Source of the DNA: Eledone cirrhosa
Lineage: Eukaryota
Assembly: GCA_964016885.1 (NCBI GenBank)
Contig: OZ024743.1
Span: 302,870,001 to 302,934,000, forward strand
Length of the DNA stretch: 64,000 bases
Direction: 5' to 3'
Shown here: in pieces, positions 43,716 through 59,567 of the stretch
How positions within the stretch are numbered: the first letter of the stretch is position 1
Layout: every line of letters begins with the position of its first letter
Translations under genes and position numbers: made by a program
Notes under the pieces: model-generated
What the model was told of the DNA's origin: nothing
The model's database searches: none
The model's input: the letters and a program-made list of their open reading frames with translations, nothing else

Positions 43716-44358
43716 TGTAATCTAAGTATTTCAAATATTAATAATAACATTCGAGTCATTTGCAATTATGCAAACAAGCCTCATTTTTATAGCCATGTCA
43801 GTAGAATGAACTCTTCATTCTTGCCCTTTTGTTGGCATGTAAACAGAACTGGAGACACTAATGTTTCTGGGTATCATCTTTCATAAGTACAGCTCACTGT
43901 TTACTTGTCAACTGTGAGAGCTAGTGAAAATATATGCTCTTTTCTAAAATATATAGTCACTGATCGGCCTGATTTGCATATTAGCATAGTGGCTGATCTG
44001 TCAGATCTGCATATAAGCAGATCCATTTATCAGCCAGATTTGCATATCAGCAGACTGGTCAGTAGGTTTGCTGCCTACAAGCGATAAATGGCCGGCTTTG
44101 CTACATTCAAATAACAAAAGAAAATGTTCGCTCTACATGGCTGAATACAATACATGTAATCTGATTGTTTCGAATATTAATAATAACATTTGATTCGTTT
44201 GTAATTATGCAAACAAGCCTCATTTTTATAGCCATGTCAGTAGAATGAACTCTACTTTATTGCTCTTGTGCTGGCATGTAGACAGACCTGCAGGCACTAA
44301 TGTTTCTGGGCATCACACTTCATCAGTACAGCTCACTGTTCACCTGCCAACTGTCAGA
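43716..44358 (-). mobile_element. Family R5: 439-bp unit in 1.5 tandem copies, each with an antisense HHR core
   Basis: tgtaatct at 43716 and 44155; revcomp CTTATGA..GAAAcattagtgTC (~43852-43890) and CTGATGA..GAAAcattagtgCC (~44292-44328); internal variable ctgatc/atttgcatattag subrepeats. Confidence 0.78.
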
Positions 44359-44575
44359 ACGTAACATTTTTATGTAAGAAGTTGTCTGACAATATCACAG
44401 CACAGGGTACACGGAATCGTGTAGCCACTGTCGTCATTGGAATGCGTATCCCAGCGTTATCTTTAAAGGACTTTAACATATGAACTACTTTTCCTATTTT
44501 AAATATACCCCGTCACTCCTATGTGGAAAAAGTACGTTTAGTGCTTGAATTGAATTGCATCAATATTTACCGTAA

Positions 44576-44630
<55 letters not shown>

Positions 44631-45368
44631 TGTGTGTGTGTGCATTTGTTAGTATGTGTCATTTAATGAATGTATATGTATATAACAATTTAGATAGATT
44701 TTTTTTTTGTTTATATGCTGCAGAAATCACGATTATCGTGAGGTGTATTGGAGTTAATAAATGGGTTTAGCTTCTAGCGTCAAAATTAGTTCAGGCAAGT
44801 CGGAATTACGCAAAATATAAAATTATCTGGAAGAAGAATGCTCATATCGTCTTATAAAGTTTGGAACATAAATGTAAATATCTAGATTTATTATTGATTT
44901 TTACTTGTAAATTTCTTAAAACTGTATTCGAGGAGGTGGACTTCAATATTACAAATAGCTGGGTTTGACAAGTTTGACTAGTGAACTTCTTAAAATATCT
45001 ATCGCCGAATTCTTCCCTGTGAATTACTTAAGAGAACTGGCTTTTCTATTAAGTTTTCGAATATTATAATTCGAGATTCAGTGTCACATTTGTTGGTGAT
45101 GAATCATGTAACAATTTTTACTCTGTCAATTTTATTTTAACCGCATTCTAAAAAAGGCGATAAGGTTGTCAATACGATTCAAAGAGAGAGAGAGAGAGAG
45201 AGAGAGTGAGAGAGAGACAGAGAGAGAGAGAGGGAGACAGAGAGAGAGAGCGAGAGAGAGAGAGAGAGAGAGAGAGGGGTGGGTATAGAAAAGGCTTGAC
45301 TATGTGAGATTCAAATAAGGGTGAACCATTATAAATATCTTTATATGAGTACAATAAACACACAATAA

Positions 45369-46940
<1,572 letters not shown>

Positions 46941-47458
46941 ATGTGTGTGTGTATGCTTATTTGTATATGAAGGACTCACATACAAATCATATAGGAACTT
47001 AGACCAATCGTGTTATGGGTCGAGATGCGATCGACAAATCGAAAGTAATTTACACGTAATATTCTTAAATATTTATTTAATTAATTACCAGCACGAGCGC
47101 TAATTATATGCAAATTTGTATTTCCAATTCAGAACAGTAATAAATGCCAATAGATATACATACAAATCAAATACATGTTTCTTCTAGGTAGACTATATGA
47201 TATACATGTCTTCGGATGAAAGTTCGCTAGGATCCCAAGATCGATTACATTTGTTCAATTTCTTTTTTTTTTTTTTTTGCAATTTAAATGGGAACTCGTT
47301 TTTGGCATGTTTACATGCCAACATATAATATATATGTATATATTTATACACGTTGTTGATATGTCGGATAAACTGTATGTATTTGTATAAATAATACCTT
47401 ATCATACAGTTCGGTTGGTAGCGAATTTTTAAAATAATAAATGCATATATATAATATA

Positions 47459-47523
<65 letters not shown>

Positions 47524-47585
47524 GCATGTATGTATGTATAATGTATATATATATAAGTATATTATATATATATATACACACACAC

Positions 47586-47622
<37 letters not shown>

Positions 47623-47623
47623 C

Positions 47624-47736
<113 letters not shown>

Positions 47737-48605
47737 TGTATGCATGTATGTATGTGTAAAGTATATATCAGATATAGGAAGAGAAAACAAGTTTACTCAT
47801 TTTAATATCCCTACTGCAGTTTCATTACTAAAATAATGGTACTCTGAATAGAATATCGCGAGAAATCCTAAGTGATCCGGAGACATTATCTGTCCAGAAA
47901 TAGAATTCAAGACAAAAATTCCAAGTCGTTCGTTGTCAGTGAAGATTTCAAATGAAATGACAGTCACGCGAAAAGTGAAGAGAAGAAGGGAAGCACAGTG
48001 GAAGATGGCATGCTACGTGCTACTAGAAAGTTGTTCGATTCCGCTAAATGTTCACTCTACCATAAGGTAGTATATTATATATTAAATGAATAAGTATACA
48101 TATTTCTACACCAGCATAAATACATATTTACAGAGTGTCCGAGTTTGGTTCTATGAAAGAGTTAATAAAATTAACATATTCAGAACCTAATAATATCAAA
48201 TATGGGAAAAGCAAACAAGTTAAGAAAAAAAAGATTTTCTAACTCACTTTAATGTCCCTACGGCAGTTTCATTAGAAGATTAACGTTACTCTGAGTAGAG
48301 ATATGTATACTTCTTCATGTTATATATTTATAACCACCATATGTATATATCCAACAATTGTTCCGTTGCCAAACCATAGATAAGTTGTGGTTTGCTAGCG
48401 TTCAAATACCTAGAGTGTAAGTGTCAACGATATTCGTATCAACATTCAGAACAAAGTGTCTGTTACACCCAGATCAGAGCTTAATATGTAAACAACGGCC
48501 AATTATCTTTCATAATCATAGAACCACGTCATACATTCCTTCATATAGACTTTTCTTATGAAACCCAGTATGTTAATGCTACTACCAATATACATATATA
48601 CATAG

Positions 48606-48757
<152 letters not shown>

Positions 48758-48760
48758 TTC

Positions 48761-48889
<129 letters not shown>

Positions 48890-48934
48890 AGATATATATA
48901 TGTTGCAACTGTTCACTTTTAAGCTCTATGAAGA

Positions 48935-50052
48935 ATTAATACATTAAAATCAAAAAATCAGAGCATTATATTATAAATCATGTCCTTAGAATCATCAGAT
49001 ATTAAAATATATACTATTTATTCTTCTAATTAGCATAATTAACCATATACAGAATCAAATCTAGCAAGCTTTAAGAATAAATTTTCTTATGGGGAAATCT
49101 CTGACAAACAATCGATCGTAGCCTCTTCGCGGCAGCCCCGTTCCATTATTTATCGAACATTTCGACAGCATGCAGACTCCGACTAAATATACCATCAACC
49201 ACACACAATTAGTAGTAAAATTAAACTTAGAAAAAATGCGCACATACCGTAATTATATCTCTACCATGGTTTCTTCCTTATTTAGGACATCCAAATAATA
49301 TGAATTTCCAGAGTTAGGTTTCATCAGGAGATAAACTCAAAATCAAACATTTAGTTTTTCAATCCGATCCGGCCAAATTTAGATTCAAAAATGGCTAAAA
49401 ATCGCTATCTAGCTGTGTTCCAGCCAGAGAGAAAGAGTGTGATTGGGTGCTTACGGTGGGTAGCCTTGCTGCTAGAAAGCGCAGCCATATATCGCCAAAT
49501 ATAATCTCTCCCAATTGGTTGAGATTAAATTTGGCGATATATGGCTGCGCTTTCTAGCAGCAAGCCTACCCGCCGTAAGCAACCAATCACACTCTTTCTC
49601 TCTGGCTGGAACACAGCTAGATAGCGATTTTTAGCCATTTATGAATCTAAATTTGGCTGGATCGGATTGAAAAACTAAATGTCTGATTTTGAGTTTATCT
49701 CCTGATGAAACCTAACTCTGGAAATTCATATTATTTGGATGTCCTAAATAAGGAAGAAACCATGGTAGAGATATAATTACGGTATGTGCGCATTTCTTCT
49801 AAGTTTAATTTTACTACTAATTGTGTGTGGTTGATGGTATATTTAGTCGGAGTCTGCATGCTGTCGAAATGTTCGATAAGCAATGGAACGGGGCTGCCGC
49901 GAAGAGGCTACGATCGATTGTTTGTCAGAGATTTCCCCATAAGAAAATTTATTCTTAAAGCTTGCTAGATTTGATTTTGTATATGGTTAATTATGCTAAT
50001 TAGAAGAAGAAATAGTATATATTTTAATATCTGATGATTCTAAAGACATGAT

Positions 50053-50062
<10 letters not shown>
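48935..50062. mobile_element. Diverged R3 subfamily arranged as a ~1.1-kb head-to-head palindrome
   Basis: 48968-49505 = revcomp of 49525-50062 with few mismatches; centre ~49515. Confidence 0.9.
49696..49773 (+). ncRNA. Type I hammerhead ribozyme (mirror copy at 49256-49333 on -)
   Basis: tatctc CTGATGA aacct-(~37 nt)-aggaa GAAA ccatgg TA gagata; 6-bp stem I, palindromic stem III. Confidence 0.78.
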
Positions 50063-50147
<85 letters not shown>

Positions 50148-50149
<2 letters not shown>

Positions 50150-50286
50150 TGGAATTGAATAATTAAAACCGTAGCGGTATGTCACATATCAATTCATATA
50201 TATTGTCTGATGAAAATGTTGAGTGCTTCTAATCTATTGTAGTATTGTATTCGTTGAGTAGTCAACGAACCATACTAATCTGTGGT
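50148..50286 (+). repeat. Internally deleted pLTR fragment related to PLE-E
   Basis: tactggaattgaa...tctgatga | gtgcttctaatctattgt...gaaccatactaatctgtggt aligns to 30363-30623 with the middle missing. Confidence 0.65.
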
Positions 50287-50479
50287 GGGTAACCACTTTA
50301 CTTCCCTCCGAAGAAGAGATATTATCTCGAAAATTACGGATATTTAAATAAATTTAAGGTGAAAGACTAATTGTCAACAATATCTCTTGCATTTACATTT
50401 ATATTCATTGTTTTGGCTTTACAAATGCAAACGTGTATACCTCATTACACATTGCTTCAAATGAACTATAACATCCTCC

Positions 50480-50514
<35 letters not shown>

Positions 50515-50517
<3 letters not shown>

Positions 50518-51062
50518 TTGAGTAAAACTTTAGGCAGTATTCGACTGCACTTTCCCTCAACCAGCCTACTCGCCGACAGGCACCAATCACAATCTTTCTG
50601 GCTTGACCACTGGCCACGTGATGATTCTTAGTCATTTTGAATTCATTTTTGGCGGGGAACATGGTAGAAGAAACTTAGTCCAATCTGGGGTATCTCCTGA
50701 TGAGTTCCGAGCCTCGTGGATTCATCCAAGACCGGATATATCTAAAAAGTGGAACGAAACCACCGGTTGGTAGAGACGATGAGAATTTTGGTAATATGTA
50801 TGTACATTTTTTCTTTTAACTTCAAATTTGTACCTAATTCCGTGTAGTTAACTATTTGTCTAGTCAATTTCTACAGGTTAGAAGAAATACTAGGTAAATG
50901 TCATATGGTTGTACATCGCGGAAAGGAATCTGTATCATTTGTCTATCATTTCTTCATAAGAGCATTTTAAACTTATAGCCTCGTTTAAATGATTCTTTGT
51001 GTGGTTAATTTATACTGATTGGGAGAGGAAATATTGTATATATATTATCTAAGGATTCTTTG
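50515..51062 (+). mobile_element. Third R3 subfamily copy
   Basis: Colinear with 42478-43020; flanked by (TA)n. Confidence 0.82.
50693..50776 (+). ncRNA. Type I hammerhead ribozyme, fully canonical core and stems
   Basis: tctc CTGATGA gttcc-(~42 nt)-ggaac GAAA cca ccggt tgg TA gaga. Confidence 0.88.
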
Positions 51063-51081
51063 GATTTACATTTACATATAC

Positions 51082-51138
<57 letters not shown>

Positions 51139-51356
51139 GAGAGAGAGAGATATGTAAGTGTGCATATATATTTACAGTCATATTTATGTATTGGCTGTGA
51201 GAAATAAAATGCTAATTTTATATATATATATACTAGACCGCCCGTGACACGTTGGCCTCAAAATATTCGTTTAAATCATGTTCACATAAAAATTATTTTC
51301 AAATAATTAAAATACATACAGACATGTATATAGTTTGAAATGAAACTGGAAAGCCC

Positions 51357-51399
<43 letters not shown>

Positions 51400-52363
51400 T
51401 GTGTGTATGTATATATATATATATAAATGTGTATGTGTGTGTGTACAGTTATGTGGGTGTCTGTGATCTATATACACTGGTCATTGACACACACACCAGC
51501 GTATATATATATATATATATATGTATACACACTCACTTATATATATACACAAGAACAACAACAGTATAGTCTCTCTCTTTCTCGCTCTTCCGTTCTTCTC
51601 TGTCTCCTCTCCCTCACTCCAGGTCTCTCTTTCAATCTACTCTCACACAAACACTATCGCTTTCTCTCTCTATCTCTCTCTCTCTCTCTGTTCATGAAAG
51701 TACCCGAAGAAAACTGCTTAACTCGGGAACCCGTGTTCTGATTTACGTGAAACATGTTTTATTCCATGTGTATAACCATTTCTGGGTCCACTTCCTTTGA
51801 AAGTATGTTCCCATTATGCACCCTTTGGGCTGCATTCCATCACAGAAAAACAAGCACGCAAGCAATCACACGAATTAACTCGTATTGTGTGTGTTGTTGT
51901 TATTTGATTCTAAATTTCTTTTCTTACCCTATGTCAAATGATTATTTTCCATTTCCATAAATGGATAACCAACGTCATTGCCGATATTAATATTAATTTA
52001 TTTCCTATTATTATAGAAGTTGTTGGTGTTTACTTAATAAAAAGGAAATTTAGAATTTATACTATACTTGAAGCTTTGCTGGTTTTTGTTTACAGGGGGA
52101 GGGGAGGTCTATACAGTTGTATTTTTTCTTTTCTGATATTTGACATTTTCTTTTCTTCTGCCTTTATCTTGAAAATAATTCATTTTTGCTAAACCACAGC
52201 TTGAAACCACCAGACAAATAAAGTAAACTCAATAACGAAAGCATACATTCCATTCCACTTAATAAAACAAACTTACAAAAAAAATAAAGAGAATATGAAA
52301 AAAATATTTAAAAAAGCACATGAAGTATATTAACCCACATGAATATCCAGAATCTATTCACAG

Positions 52364-52521
52364 GTTTAATAGATTTCGCAAAATGTATAACAGCCTATGA
52401 CCTGGAGGCATCGATCTTAGCTTGTCTTGTAAAGAGTGCTACTGAAAATAAAACAGCTATTGATAATTTATTGAGTCAGTTATATGAAAAATATGATCCA
52501 ATAGAGGCAAGTATAAATGAA
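52364..52521 (+). other. Possible host exon or pseudo-exon, product unknown
   Basis: tctattcacag acceptor, stop-free LIDFAKCITAYDLEASILACLVKSATENKTAIDNLLSQLYEKYDPIE, weak donors; no family recognised. Confidence 0.3.
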
Positions 52522-53211
52522 GGTCAATGGTGACACAAGACATATACAAATTAGATAAATCTCATGCATATTCACGTAAAATCATGCGTACGCATATATA
52601 CACGCACGCATACATACCTAGATGTGTGTATATATATATTAGGAACATTAATAACTAACTCGCATGTTTATGCTTAATACATATATATATTTTGTGTGTG
52701 CTATTTCTAGCGTCAGTGCTAACCTGCCATGTTGTCCTGATTGTCCTAATATTGAAGAGTAGTCGAATGACGCACGTGGTAATCAACGCAATCTGCTATT
52801 TGATAACGACCAGATTCACATACTATCTATTGTATATTTTACTGTGTCTGAATGATCTTTTTGGTGAGAGAATTTCTTCTAATAATGTTTGTCTTTATTT
52901 ATCGTGATAATTACGATTGGTTCTTAATTCCAGAAACTGCCGTTCAGGAGATATGGGCGAACAATGCGAATTTAAATTTTTTAAATTTTGTATTTAACCT
53001 AATGTATATTTCTATCGAGACACACACACACACGCACACACACACACACACACACACACGGATACACACACACACTTACATACACCCATATACACATACC
53101 CATACGCACACATACACATACACAGACACACACACACACACATATAAACACACACACAAGCACGCAAACACACATATAGGCACATACACACTCACACACA
53201 CGCGCGCACAC

Positions 53212-53271
<60 letters not shown>

Positions 53272-53276
53272 AATAT

Positions 53277-53357
<81 letters not shown>

Positions 53358-53381
53358 CAAATATATAGAAATATATACACG

Positions 53382-53412
<31 letters not shown>

Positions 53413-53532
53413 TATATATATAATATATAAGATCAGAAAATGGTTAAATGAGTTCCATGTATTTTATTATGCGCATTTCAAACACAAATCTGCATTGCTT
53501 TATTGTACTACAATAAAACTCACCTCCTACAT

Positions 53533-53582
<50 letters not shown>

Positions 53583-53597
53583 TATATTATAAAAAAA

Positions 53598-53856
53598 CGA
53601 AAAATCAGTGATGCATCTGGACTCAGTTTATTGCGTGTTGCAATTGTTTCGCCGGCAGGTAGCTCGAGACATGATCACTTTACGGATCTGGCTGATTCTA
53701 CGGCTGCAGGTACCTTCGGACACGGTCAGTTCGTTCGTAGCAAATTTTCTTAGAATCAACCAGATCCATGAAAGTGATCATGTCTCAAGCTACCTGCCGG
53801 CGAAACAATTGCAAGAAGCAATATACTGAGTCCAGATGCATCACAGTTTTTTCGAT
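53598..53856. mobile_element. Small foldback/MITE, ~105-bp inverted arms
   Basis: gtgatgcatctggactcagt...ctggctgattcta / tagaatcaaccag...actgagtccagatgcatcac. Confidence 0.8.
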
Positions 53857-53964
53857 TGTCTATACTATCCAGACTCTGCTCTGTATGAATATTGAATGCT
53901 AATTTTGGCATACCGCCTATGGAAGCACCATAGCTACCATTATACCCCTTAATTATATATATAT

Positions 53965-54250
53965 ATGGTGCGGGTAACTTTCCTGAGATCCATTGACGAG
54001 TTCTCTCCAGCGGTCTGTCCCTTATTATCGCTGCTATGTCCTGCGTCTCCAACAGACCAGTTTCTGTCCTTGGGGCATCAACATCGGCCTTCCTCTTCCA
54101 GTGTGTCCATGCAGGGGCTCCCACAGCAACACTGCTTGCAGTGGCAACTCTGAATGTCGGTGAGCATGTCCGGCTAACCTCAGTCTCCTCTGTGTGACAT
54201 TTGAGCTGACTTTTGGGAGGCTCCCATACGGCTCTGAGTTTATCATCCTA
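53965..54250 (-). mobile_element. RTE LINE 3' fragment
   Basis: YGSLPKVSSNVTQRRLRLAGHAHRH...LLWEPLHG..GRGRP, a typical RTE C-terminus. Confidence 0.8.
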
Positions 54251-54627
54251 TACGCCTATATATAAACACTAATACCCATATCCACGCAAATGTATATATA
54301 GACATACGTACATACAAGCAATCACACGTATTTTCGTACATAAATGTACGCTTGTAGAGTAGATAAAGAGTACTTACACAACCTGAATACTGTAAGGCAG
54401 AGCGAAAGATGGCGTCGGCTGAGATTAGGGGAGTGAGAGGAGAGTATGTCGCGTGACGTGCTTTTTGAAACTATCGTTCTGGTGGCAGAGATGGCTTATA
54501 GGCTTTATACGTTGCATAGTTATTGTCCTTGCAGTTCGAGCAGTGATCAGAGAGTCTGTTCAGTGTCGGGGGCCTTCGGAAATAGTATTTCATAATTCAC
54601 ACACACACACACACACACGCACGCACG

Positions 54628-54677
<50 letters not shown>

Positions 54678-54694
54678 GCGCGCGCCCACATGCA

Positions 54695-54741
<47 letters not shown>

Positions 54742-54805
54742 GTATGATCAGTCCACAAATAGTCCCGTAGAAACGGCTTGAGCTCTGCCGTCGGGGTCAT
54801 ACTTT

Positions 54806-57800
54806 GCATGCGCAAAGAAGACAAAATAAAATAAACAAACAAGCAAATAAATAAATAAATATATAGACAGACTGAATAAAAATGGCGTAGCCATACAATT
54901 CAACACGAGGAAACAATAGAACCACTGACGATGTTGCAGATGTGCAACGAAAGATTTATGATAAACTATATATATGTGTTTGTGTCTATATTGTATCTGT
55001 ATTATTTTTGACCGTCGCTCAGTCAATGGCAACATTGAGGACCGAGTAAGTTAGATTACCGATATAAAAGACACAGAAGCGAGAAGCCAAAACCAACCAA
55101 ACAGTGAGTGTGTTCTGCTATTAATTCTGGCAATATTATTACAATATGACCCTCTCCAAGTATAACAATATTTGTTTCGACACACGATTTCATATAAAAA
55201 ACCTCGCAAAACTAATTCATCGCCGTTATGGCTTAGCTTGTGCCAAGCTGAAAGGTTATTGAAAGACACTGTTTTCTGTTATATAAAAACTACAATAACA
55301 ACAGAACAAATCCGCTTCTTAAAACACTGTGTTTCCTCCAAAATATACACAACAATCATATCAAAACAAGTAAATAATTTATTATTGAACAAAACACAAG
55401 CTGAACGACTAAAACACACAATAACAGTTAATATGAAAAGAACAACATACACAAAAGTCAACGAACTTTACAGACAGAAAAGCATTAACGGTAAGGAAGT
55501 CCGAAATCTTACCACACCAAACGAGAGGGATAACTGCATGAGCGTCATCCGACGTGAAACGAAATACGCCAGAAACGAATGCAATAGGCATTTCAATAAG
55601 AAATTAGAATGGATGAATAAGAAAAAAACTACTAGAAAGGAAAATAGAATTTTCTCAAAAATACCCAGATAACATCAACAATATCCGTATGACTGATGTA
55701 AAACTACCGGAAGAATTTACCAATGACCACACAGTAAATATTTATGGGAACACTTTAATCAGTGAACAAGAACAACAAATCCTGGAGCTGCCACCAAAAT
55801 TTGCCATCTACAAAAAGATTAACCCTATGGAGTGCAAAACGAAGCTGGAAAAGTGTTTCACAAAAATACGTTGGAATGCAAAGGTAAACAACAACAACAA
55901 TAATAACGGTAGTAGTAACATAAACAATAACCCTGAGTATAGAAATAACAGCCATAACAATAACAACAACAGGAAAGTGAGAAATAGTAATAATGGTAAT
56001 AATACTAACGATAGACAGAACAACAACAACCACAATAATAATAATAATAGAAACATTAACCACAGACACAGCAGCAGCGACCACAGTAGTAATAACGGTA
56101 ACAATACGAACAACAACAACAATAACCACAGTGGTAATAATGGAAATAATGCATGTAGCAACATTAATGATAGACACAACAAAAACAAGAAACATAATAA
56201 TATTAACAACCACAATGGTAGAAATAACAGTAACAACAACAATAACGGTGAAGTAAACAACAATACATCTAGCAATCATACCAATAATAATAATGCTAAT
56301 GATAGGAAGAACAACAACCCCCATGATAACAATAATAGCAACACACACAACTATGACGATAGATATAATGACAACCCCTTAGAGAAACTATTTTTCAACC
56401 CAGCTGACAAATCATATAAGATGGGTAATATCTATCCTACGAGGTTACCCTTTAATAAAAGAGTTTGCATACCACAACAAATAGATGACGAGGCAGAGGC
56501 ACAGTTCACCATAGCTAGAAATAAGATTAGACAAATAGTAGACAGGTATACTGAGAGACAGAGCAGACCAGAGGCCCAACAACTTGGGAAGAAACCTGTA
56601 GAAGGCTTGGTTAGCCTCAAGCAGCGCACAAGGGATGGTGAGGTAGTATGTCTACCCAGGGATAAGTCTGGTAGGATGTCAATAGATAGCATGCCGAACT
56701 ACATCAAGTCTATGCAACCCCACATCACCAACACGAGCGAAATTGCACAACAAACACACGATGGGAGAAAGAAAATCCTCAATGCTTACATGATGATGTG
56801 GACTGATATCCTAAAGCCAAGCAGACGCACTGCCAACAATTTCCAGGCGTCTAACAATGGCATACCACGCTTGTATGTGCTCCGCAAAGTCCACAAGACA
56901 GTCGACGACCCGACACCAGGTCCACCAACATGACCCGTATGCGGGCTTAATATAGCTAGTAACTACAGGATCTCCTACTTCCTCTCAATGGTTATACGCC
57001 CCATAATGAAGATGTCCCCGGATGTATGTGACAGTACAGATGACCTTCTCAGCAGAATCAGTGAGTGAAACAAAAACAGGAACCTATCCAACTGCATAAT
57101 AGGCAGCATGGATGTGGTGTCACTGTACCCATCCGTTAACATTGATTTTGCTGTGAAAAAAATGTGTGGAGATGATCATTGAGAGTGAGGTGGAGTTCTG
57201 CGATGTCGACACAGACGAACTGGGCCTCCATCTTAGACTTACCTACGACACTGACTAGCTAGACAGCCATGACCTTAGACGTTTCTGCCCTAGTAGACCT
57301 ATAAGAGGTATACCCCCCACCATAACCTCAAAGGCAAAAAAGACTCCCATGGGAAGGTGGATTGGGTGGACCAAAGCTATACGGACCCCCCAAAACAATG
57401 ATCAGGTAAGAAAAATGGTCGCACATGCAATAGGGGCTAGTATCAAAACTACCCTCAAGGGCCACATATTTAAGATCAACGAGAAGATCTACACCCAAAA
57501 TGAAGGAGCGGCCATTGGCGTCAACATAGCTGGTGATGTTGCCAACCTTTTCATGGTATGGTGGGAAAGGAGACTTAAAGATCTCCTTAATGAGAGCTCC
57601 ATAGACCTCATCATGTACTCTCGTTATGTAGACGATATCAATATAGTTATAAGAACATCCCCACTAGAGAGCACTAACAGGTTTGATTTAGAACGTAGCA
57701 CAATGGAAAGCATCCAGCAGATAGCTAATTCCATACACCAGAGTATAACTGTAACTATCGAGTTCCCTTCCAAACACCCTAACAATAGACTACCTGTATT

Positions 57801-59300
57801 AGACACAAAACTCTGGATTAACACTATAGACGAGAGAGACCAAATTCTCCACTCACACTATGCTGAACCCATGGCCTCCAAATACCTGATACTAAAAAAC
57901 TCAGCAATGTCCAGTAGTGCTAAGTTTAATATTCTGATCGCAGATTTGGTACGAGTGATGAAGAATGTGTCCCGCATGTGCGACCCAACAGAAATGGAAA
58001 GACACATCCAACACTTCATCAACCGCATGCAATTCTCTGGCTACAACTAAAGAGACAGAGTCAGAGTATACGAAGGAGCCATGGAGAAGTATAAGACCCT
58101 CACAGAACTGGACATGAAAGGAATTTGCCCATTATACAGGAGCAAATCATGGAATAGCTTAGATAGGGCTAGACATAAGATAGGGAAAGCCACCTCATGG
58201 TACGACAACCAGAGATACCAGAGTGTCATGTTTGTGGACGCTACCCCTGGAGGGAAATTAGCTAACCAGTGTAGAAAGGCCCTGAGAAAGACCCACTTAA
58301 ATATTAAGGTGGTAGAAAAGCCAGGAACCACCATGAAATCCCTGATCAGCAAAACCTACCCTTTTAAGAAAACCCACTGTACCAATAGGAAATGTATCAT
58401 ATGTAAGGTAAACCTCCTGATAAACTGTAAAACTAGAAATGTAGTCTATAGCATAAGATGTACAGAGGGTACCTGCAGAAACATGACAACAACATACATA
58501 GGTGAGACAGCTCGTAGCATAGGTGAAAGGATAGACCAACACTGGGGGGAACTAAAAGGATGAAAAAACGGGTCAGTACTATACGAACAGGCCAGCCAAC
58601 AACATGACGGTAACATAGACAACATAGAAATTAGAATAATATCTAAACATAGAAATGACCCAGCAGATAGGTAAATCAGAGAGGCCAGTGAAATAGAAAT
58701 TAGAAGACCAAAACTAAACAGAAAGAATGAATGGAATAACAACAGAACCCAAACAAACAACACTGACATAAGATAAGTATAAATAAGTAAATAAGTAAAT
58801 AAAATAAAATAAAATAAAATAAAATAAATAAATAAATAAATAAATAAATACATAAACAAGCACAATAACAACAAACACATAAACACACATTAGTCACCCA
58901 ATCACGAACACACATCACACATAAAAAAAAACACTATACAAAGCATGCGCAAAGAAGACAAAATAAAATAAACAAACAAGCAAATAAATAAATAAATATA
59001 TAGACAGACTGAATAAAAATGGCGTAGCCATACAATTCAACAGGAGGAAACAATAGAACCACTGACGATGTTGCAGATTTGCAAAGAAAGATTTATGATA
59101 AACTATATATATGTGTTTGTGTCTATATTGTATCCGTATTATTTTTGACCGTCGGTCAGTCAATGGCAACATTGAGGACCGAGTAAGTTAGATTACCGAT
59201 ATAAAAGACACAGAAGCGAGAAGCCAAAACCAACAAAACAGTGAGTGTGTTCTGTTATTAATTCTGGCAATATTATTACAATATGACCCTCCCCAAGTAT

Positions 59301-59308
<8 letters not shown>
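54806..59308 (+). mobile_element. Full-length PLE-G with direct 366-bp pLTRs (54806-55171, 58943-59308)
   Basis: Near-identical terminal direct repeats, each with CTGACGA tgttgca..tgcaa(c/a) GAAA (54925-54952; 59062-59089); ends at (TA)n. Confidence 0.95.
55203..58760 (+). pseudogene. PLE-G polyprotein: N-terminal domain, Asn-rich insert, RT, GIY-YIG; several stops and frameshifts
   Basis: LPPKFAIY, DKSGRM, GSMDVVSLYPS, EGAAIGVNIAGDVANLFM, YSRYVDDI, LPVLD, CTNRKCIIC, VVYSIRC..YIGETARSIGER. Confidence 0.92.
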
Positions 59309-59358
<50 letters not shown>

Positions 59359-59423
59359 TATAAATATATATATACATATATATATATATTTAATTATATA
59401 ATAAACAGCACATTATAATTATT

Positions 59424-59490
59424 CCATTACCCAAGGTATCACGGAGTCAGATGATACTAACAGAAGCGTCGGAATCCGTTCATCAGATAC
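59424..59490 (-). ncRNA. Solo hammerhead remnant
   Basis: Revcomp gtat CTGATGA acgga-(~29 nt)-tccgt GATA cc ttg gg TA atgg (GAAA changed to GATA). Confidence 0.55.
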
Positions 59491-59504
59491 AAATCTTTAT
59501 TTTG

Positions 59505-59567
<63 letters not shown>

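Noticed and set aside
43950-44070. CRISPR-like short repeats
   Set aside because: Degenerate ~20-nt tandem subrepeats without unique spacers, eukaryotic context, no cas genes
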